The translations under genes were made by a program, and so were the position numbers. A stretch of DNA of 64,000 nt from Eledone cirrhosa (taxonomy: Eukaryota): positions 26,164,001 through 26,228,000 of the forward strand of contig OZ024763.1 in assembly GCA_964016885.1 (NCBI GenBank). Direction: 5' to 3'. Within the stretch, counting starts at the first letter, position 1; each line of letters opens with the position of its first letter. The notes beneath the pieces are model-generated. The model searched no databases. It had not been told where the DNA came from and was given only the letters and a program-made list of their open reading frames with translations. Of this stretch, positions 57,601 through 64,000 are shown piece by piece.

Positions 57601-60600
57601 GATAGTAAGGTGGTGGTTTAGTGGTTAGGGGTGTTTGGCTCAGGATAGTAAGGTGGTGGTTTAGTGGTTAGGGGTGTTTGGCTCAGGATTGTAAGGTGGT
57701 GGTTTAGTGGTTAGGGGTGTTTGGCTCAGGATAGTAAGGTGGTGGTTTAGTGGTTAGCGTATTTGGCTCAGGATTGTAAGGTGGTGGTTTAGTGGTTAGG
57801 GTATTTGGCTCAGGATAGTAAGGTGGTGGTTTAGTGGTTAGGGGTGTTTGGCTCAGGATAGTAAGGTGGTGGTTTAGTGGTTAGGGGTGTTTGGCTCAGG
57901 ATAGTAAGGTGGTGGTTTAGTGGTTAGGGGTGTTTGGCTCAGGATAGTAAAGTGGTGGTTTAGTGGTTAGGGGTGTTTGGCTCAGGATTGTAAGGTGGTG
58001 GTTTAGTTGTTAGGGGTGTTTGGCTCAGGATAGTAAGGTGGTGGTTTAGTGGTTAGGGGTGTTTGGCTCAGGATAGTAAGGTGGTGGTTTAGTGGTTAGG
58101 GGTGTTTGGCTCAGGATAGTAATGTGGTGGTTTAGTGGTTAGGGGTGTTTGGCTCAGGATTGTAAAGTGGTGGTTTAGTGGTTAGGGGTGTTTGGCTCAG
58201 GATTGTAAGGTGGTGGTTTAGTGGTTAGGGGTGTTTGGCTCAGGATAGTAAAGTGGTGGTTTAGTGGTTAGGGGTGTTTGGCTCAGGATAGTAAGGTGGT
58301 GGTTTAGTGGTTAGGGGTGTTTGGCTCAGGATAGTAAGGTGGTGGTTTAGTGGTTAGGGGTGTTTGGCTGAGGATTGTAAGGTGGTGGTTTAGTGGTTAG
58401 GGGTGTTTGGCTCAGGATTGTAAGGTGGTGGTTTAGTGGTTAGGGGTGTTTGGCTCAGGATAGTAAGGTGGTGGTTTAGTGGTTAGGGTATTTGGCTCAG
58501 GATAGTAAGGTGGTGGTTTAGTGGTTAGGGGTGTTTGGCTCAGGATTGTAAGGTGGTGGTTTAGTGGTTAGGGGTGTTTGGCTCAGGATAGTAAGGTGGT
58601 GGTTTAGTGGTTAGGGGTGTTTGGCTCAGGATAGTAAGGTGGTGGTTTAGTGGTTAGGGGTGTTTGGCTCAGGATAGTAAGGTGATGGTTTAGTGGTTAG
58701 GGGTGTTTGGCTCAGGATAGTAAGATGGTGGTTTAGTGGTTAGGGGTGTTTGGCTCAGGATAATAAGGTGGTGGTTTAGTGGTTAGGGGTGTTTGGCTCA
58801 GGATAGTAAGGTGGTGGTTTAATGGTTAGGGGTGTTTGGCTCAGGATAGTAAGATGGTGGTTTAGTGGTTAGGGGTGTTTGGCTCAGGATAGTAAGGTGG
58901 TGGTTTAGTGGTTAGGGTATTTGACTCAGGATAGTAAGGTGGTGGTTTAGTGGTTAGGGGTGTTTGGCTCAGGATAGTAAGGTGGTGGTTTAGTGGTTAG
59001 GGGTGTTTGGCTCAGGATAGTAAGATGGTGGTTTAGTGGTTAGGGGTGTTTGGCTCAGGATAGTAAGGTGGTGGTTTAGTGGTTAGGGGTGTTTGGCTCA
59101 GGATAGTAAGGTGGTGGTTTAGTGGTTAGGGGTGTTTGGCTCAGGATAGTAAGGTGGTGGTTTAGTGGTTAGGGGTGTTTGGCTCAGGATAGTAAGGTGG
59201 TGGTTTAGTGGTTAGGGGTGTTTGGCTCAGGATAGTAAAGTGGTGGTTTAGTGGTTAGGGTTGTTTGTCTCAGGATAGTAAGGTGGTGGTTTAGTGGTTA
59301 GGGGTGTTTGGCTCAGGATAGTAAGGTGGTGGTTTAGTGGTTAGGGGTGTTTGGCTCAGGATTGTAAGGTGGTGGTTTAGTGGTTAGGGGTGTTTGGCTC
59401 AGGATTGTAAGGTGGTGGTTTAGTGGTTAGGGGTGTTTGGCTCAGGATAGTAAAGTGGTGGTTTTGTGGTTAGGGGTGTTTGGCTCAGGATAGTAAGGTG
59501 GTGGTTTAGTGGTTAGGGGTGTTTGGCTCAGGATAGTAAGGTGGTGGTTTAGTGGTTAGGGGTGTTTGGCTCAGGATTGTAAGGTGGTGGTTTAGTGGTT
59601 AGGGGTGTTTGGCTCAGGATTGTAAGGTGGTGGTTTAGTGGTTAGGGGTGTTTGGCTCAGGATTGTAAGGTGGTGGTTTAGTGGTTAGCGTATTTGGCTC
59701 AGGATTGTAAGGTGGTGGTTTAGTGGTTAGGGTATTTGGCTCAGGATAGTAAGGTGGTGGTTTAGTGGTTAGGGGTGTTTGGCTCAGGATAGTAAGGTGG
59801 TGGTTTAGTGGTTAGGGGTGTTTGGCTCAGGATAGTAAGGTGGTGGTTTAGTGGTTAGGGGTGTTTGGCTCAGGATAGTAAAGTGGTGGTTTAGTGGTTA
59901 GGGGTGTTTGGCTCAGGATTGTAAGGTGGTGGTTTAGTTGTTAGGGGTGTTTGGCTCAGGATAGTAAGGTGGTGGTTTAGTGGTTAGGGGTGTTTGGCTC
60001 AGGATAGTAAGGTGGTGGTTTAGTGGTTAGGGGTGTTTGGCTCAGGATAGTAATGTGGTGGTTTAGTGGTTAGGGGTGTTTGGCTCAGGATTGTAAAGTG
60101 GTGGTTTAGTGGTTAGGGGTGTTTGGCTCAGGATTGTAAGGTGGTGGTTTAGTGGTTAGGGGTGTTTGGCTCAGGATAGTAAAGTGGTGGTTTAGTGGTT
60201 AGGGGTGTTTGGCTCAGGATAGTAAGGTGGTGGTTTAGTGGTTAGGGGTGTTTGGCTCAGGATAGTAAGGTGGTGGTTTAGTGGTTAGGGGTGTTTGGCT
60301 GAGGATTGTAAGGTGGTGGTTTAGTGGTTAGGGGTGTTTGGCTCAGGATTGTAAGGTGGTGGTTTAGTGGTTAGGGGTGTTTGGCTCAGGATTGTAAGGC
60401 GGTGGTTTAGTGGTTAGGGGTGTTTGGCTCAGGATAGTAAAGTGGTGGTTTAGTGGTTAGGGGTGTTTGGCTCAGGATAGTAAGGTGGTGGTTTAGTGGT
60501 TAGGGGTGTTTGGCTTAGGATTGTAAGGTGGTGGTTTAGTGGTTAGGGGTGTTTGGCTCAGGATAGTAAGGTGGTGGTTTAGTGGTTAGGGTATTTGGCT

Positions 60601-63600
60601 CAGGATAGTAAGGTGGTGGTTTAGTGGTTAGGGGTGTTTGGCTCAGGATAGTAAGGTGGTGGTTTAGTGGTTAGGGGTGTTTGGCTCAGGATTGTAAGGT
60701 GGTGGTTTAGTGGTTAGGGGTGTTTGGCTCAGGATTGTAAGGTGGTGGTTTAGTGGTTAGCGTATTTGGCTCAGGATTGTAAGGTGGTGGTTTAGTGGTT
60801 AGGGTATTTGGCTCAGGATAGTAAGGTGGTGGTTTAGTGGTTAGGGGTGTTTGGCTCAGGATAGTAAGGTGGTGGTTTAGTGGTTAGGGGTGTTTGGCTC
60901 AGGATAGTAAGGTGGTGGTTTAGTGGTTAGGGGTGTTTGGCTCAGGATAGTAAGATGGTGGTTTAGTGGTTAGGGGTGTTTGGCTCAGGATAATAAGGTG
61001 GTGGTTTAGTGGTTAGGGGTGTTTGGCTCAGGATAGTAAGGTGGTGGTTTAGTGGTTAGGGTATTTGGCTCAGGATAGTAAGGTGGTGGTTTAGTGGTTA
61101 GGGGTGTTTGGCTCAGGATTGTAAGGTGGTGGTTTAGTGGTTAGGGGTGTTTGGCTCAGGATAGTAAGGTGGTGGTTTAGTGGTTAGGGGTGTTTGGCTC
61201 AGGATAGTAAGGTGGTGGTTTAGTGGTTAGGGGTGTTTGGCTCAGGATAGTAAGGTGGTGGTTTAGTGGTTAGGGGTGTTTGGCTCAGGATAGTAAGATG
61301 GTGGTTTAGTGGTTAGGGGTGTTTGGCTCAGGATAATAAGGTGGTGGTTTAGTGGTTAGGGGTGTTTGGCTCAGGATAGTAAGGTGGTGGTTTAATGGTT
61401 AGGGGTGTTTGGCTCAGGATAGTAAGGTGGTGGTTTAGTGGTTAGGGTATTTGGCTCAGGATAGTAAGGTGGTGGTTTAGTGGTTAGGGGTGTTTGGCTC
61501 AGGATAGTAAGGTGGTGGTTTAGTGGTTAGGGGTGTTTGGCTCAGGATAGTAAGGTGGTGGTTTAGTGGTTAGGGGTGTTTGGCTCAGGATAGTAAAGTG
61601 GTGGTTTAGTGGTTAGGGTTGTTTGTCTCAGGATAGTAAGGTGGTGGTTTAGTGGTTAGGGGTGTTTGGCTCAGGATAGTAAGGTGGTGGTTTAGTGGTT
61701 AGGGGTGTTTGGCTCAGGATTGTAAGGTGGTGGTTTAGTGGTTAGGGGTGTTTGGCTCAGGATTGTAAGGTGGTGGTTTAGTGGTTAGGGGTGTTTGGCT
61801 CAGGATAGTAAAGTGGTGGTTTTGTGGTTAGGGGTGTTTGGCTCAGGATAGTAAGGTGGTGGTTTAGTGGTTAGGGGTGTTTGGCTCAGGATAGTAAGGT
61901 GGTGGTTTAGTGGTTAGGGGTGTTTGGCTCAGGATTGTAAGGTGGTGGTTTAGTGGTTAGGGGTGTTTGGCTCAGGATAGTAAGGTGGTGGTTTAGTGGT
62001 TAGGGTATTTGGCTCAGGATAGTAAGGTGGTGGTTTAGTGGTTAGGGGTGTTTGGCTCAGGATAGTAAGATGGTGGTTTAGTGGTTAGGGGTGTTTGGCT
62101 CAGGATAGTAAGGTGGTGGTTTAGTGGTTAGGGGTGTTTGGCTCAGGATAGTAAGGTGGTGGTTTAGTGGTTAGGGGTGTTTGGCTCAGGATAGTAAGGT
62201 GGTGGTTTAGTGGTTAGGGGTGTTTGGCTCAGGATAGTAAGATGGTGGTTTAGTGGTTAGGGGTGTTTGGCTCAGGATAATAAGGTGGTGGTTTAGTGGT
62301 TAGGGGTGTTTGGCTCAGGATAGTAAGGTGGTGGTTTAGTGGTTAGGGTATTTGGCTCAGGATAGTAAGGTGGTGGTTTAGTGGTTAGGGGTGTTTGGCT
62401 CAGGATAGTAAGGTGGTGGTTTAGTGGTTAGGGGTGTTTGGCTCAGGATAGTAAGGTGGTGGTTTAGTGGTTAGGGGTGTTTGGCTCAGGATAGTAAGGT
62501 GGTGGTTTAGTGGTTAGGGGTGTTTGGCTCAGGATAGTAAGGTGGTGGTTTAGTGGTTAGGGGTGTTTGGCTCAGGATAGTAAAGTGGTGGTTTAGTGGT
62601 TAGGGTTGTTTGTCTCAGGATAGTAAGGTGGTGGTTTAGTGGTTAGGGGTGTTTGGCTCAGGATAGTAAGGTGGTGGTTTAGTGGTTAGGGGTGTTTGGC
62701 TCAGGATTGTAAGGTGGTGGTTTAGTGGTTAGGGGTGTTTGGCTCAGGATTGTAAGGTGGTGGTTTAGTGGTTAGGGGTGTTTGGCTCAGGATAGTAAAG
62801 TGGTGGTTTTGTGGTTAGGGGTGTTTGGCTCAGGATAGTAAGGTGGTGGTTTAGTGGTTAGGGGTGTTTGGCTCAGGATAGTAAGGTGGTGGTTTAGTGG
62901 TTAGGGGTGTTTGGCTCAGGATTGTAAGGTGGTGGTTTAGTGGTTAGGGGTGTTTGGCTCAGGATAGTAAGGTGGTGGTTTAGTGGTTAGGGTATTTGGC
63001 TCAGGATAGTAAGGTGGTGGTTTAGTGGTTAGGGGTGTTTGGCTCAGGATAGTAAGGTGGTGGTTTAGTGGTTAGGGGTGTTTGGCTCAGGATTGTAAGG
63101 TGGTGGTTTAGTGGTTAGGGGTGTTTGGCTCAGGATTGTAAGGTGGTGGTTTAGTGGTTAGGGGTGTTTGGCTCAGGATTGTAAGGTGGTGGTTTAGTGG
63201 TTAGCGTATTTGGCTCAGGATTGTAAGGTGGTGGTTTAGTGGTTAGGGTATTTGGCTCAGGATAGTAAGGTGGTGGTTTAGTGGTTAGGGGTGTTTGGCT
63301 CAGGATAGTAAGGTGGTGGTTTAGTGGTTAGGGGTGTTTGGCTCAGGATAGTAAAGTGGTGGTTTAGTGGTTAGGGGTGTTTGGCTCAGGATTGTAAGGT
63401 GGTGGTTTAGTTGTTAGGGGTGTTTGGCTCAGGATAGTAAGGTGGTGGTTTAGTGGTTAGGGGTGTTTGGCTCAGGATAGTAAGGTGGTGGTTTAGTGGT
63501 TAGGGGTGTTTGGCTCAGGATAGTAATGTGGTGGTTTAGTGGTTAGGGGTGTTTGGCTCAGGATTGTAAAGTGGTGGTTTAGTGGTTAGGGGTGTTTGGC

Positions 63601-64000
63601 TCAGGATTGTAAGGTGGTGGTTTAGTGGTTAGGGGTGTTTGGCTCAGGATAGTAAAGTGGTGGTTTAGTGGTTAGGGGTGTTTGGCTCAGGATAGTAAGG
63701 TGGTGGTTTAGTGGTTAGGGGTGTTTGGCTCAGGATAGTAAGGTGGTGGTTTAGTGGTTAGGGGTGTTTGGCTCAGGATTGTAAGGTGGTGGTTTAGTGG
63801 TTAGGGGTGTTTGGCTCAGGATTGTAAGGTGGTGGTTTAGTGGTTAGGGGTGTTTGGCTCAGGATTGTAAGGCGGTGGTTTAGTGGTTAGGGGTGTTTGG
63901 CTCAGGATAGTAAAGTGGTGGTTTAGTGGTTAGGGGTGTTTGGCTCAGGATAGTAAGGTGGTGGTTTAGTGGTTAGGGGTGTTTGGCTTAGGATTGTAAG
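27631..64000 (+). repeat. 43-bp satellite, about 845 copies, running off the window end (GGTGGTGGTTTAGTGGTTAGGGGTGTTTGGCTCAGGATWGTAA)
   Basis: Uninterrupted head-to-tail array with 42-bp and point variants. Confidence 0.98.

Noticed and set aside
27631-64000. True telomere or tRNA gene array
   Set aside because: TTAGGG is never tandem, and the units lack a B box, T arm and acceptor stem.

Overview
Repeat-saturated eukaryotic genomic DNA with no confidently identifiable host gene. The repeat inventory (RTE-clade LINE 3' ends with (GAT)n tails, tRNA-headed SINEs, very long (TA)n tracts) suggests a cephalopod, probably Octopus; this is inferred from recognition, not from a search. Bases 1-27.6 kb are a mosaic of microsatellites, RTE LINE fragments, SINEs, TTAA-flanked piggyBac-type MITEs, a non-autonomous Helitron and a 48-bp minisatellite. 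Bases 27.63-64 kb are one array of about 845 copies of a 43-bp G-rich satellite. Two results stand out. (1) The short unique-looking islands between (TA)n tracts carry type I hammerhead ribozyme folds (CUGANGA...GAAA...NUH with pairable stems I-III). There are about seven sequence families, several arranged as head-to-head fold-back palindromes, consistent with Penelope-like (pLTR/retrozyme-type) elements. (2) The 36-kb satellite unit aligns to the A-box half of a tRNA-derived SINE head found elsewhere in this window and shows layered higher-order duplications. All long ORFs in the track are repeat artefacts except the RTE fragments. Pairings and coordinates were read by eye.
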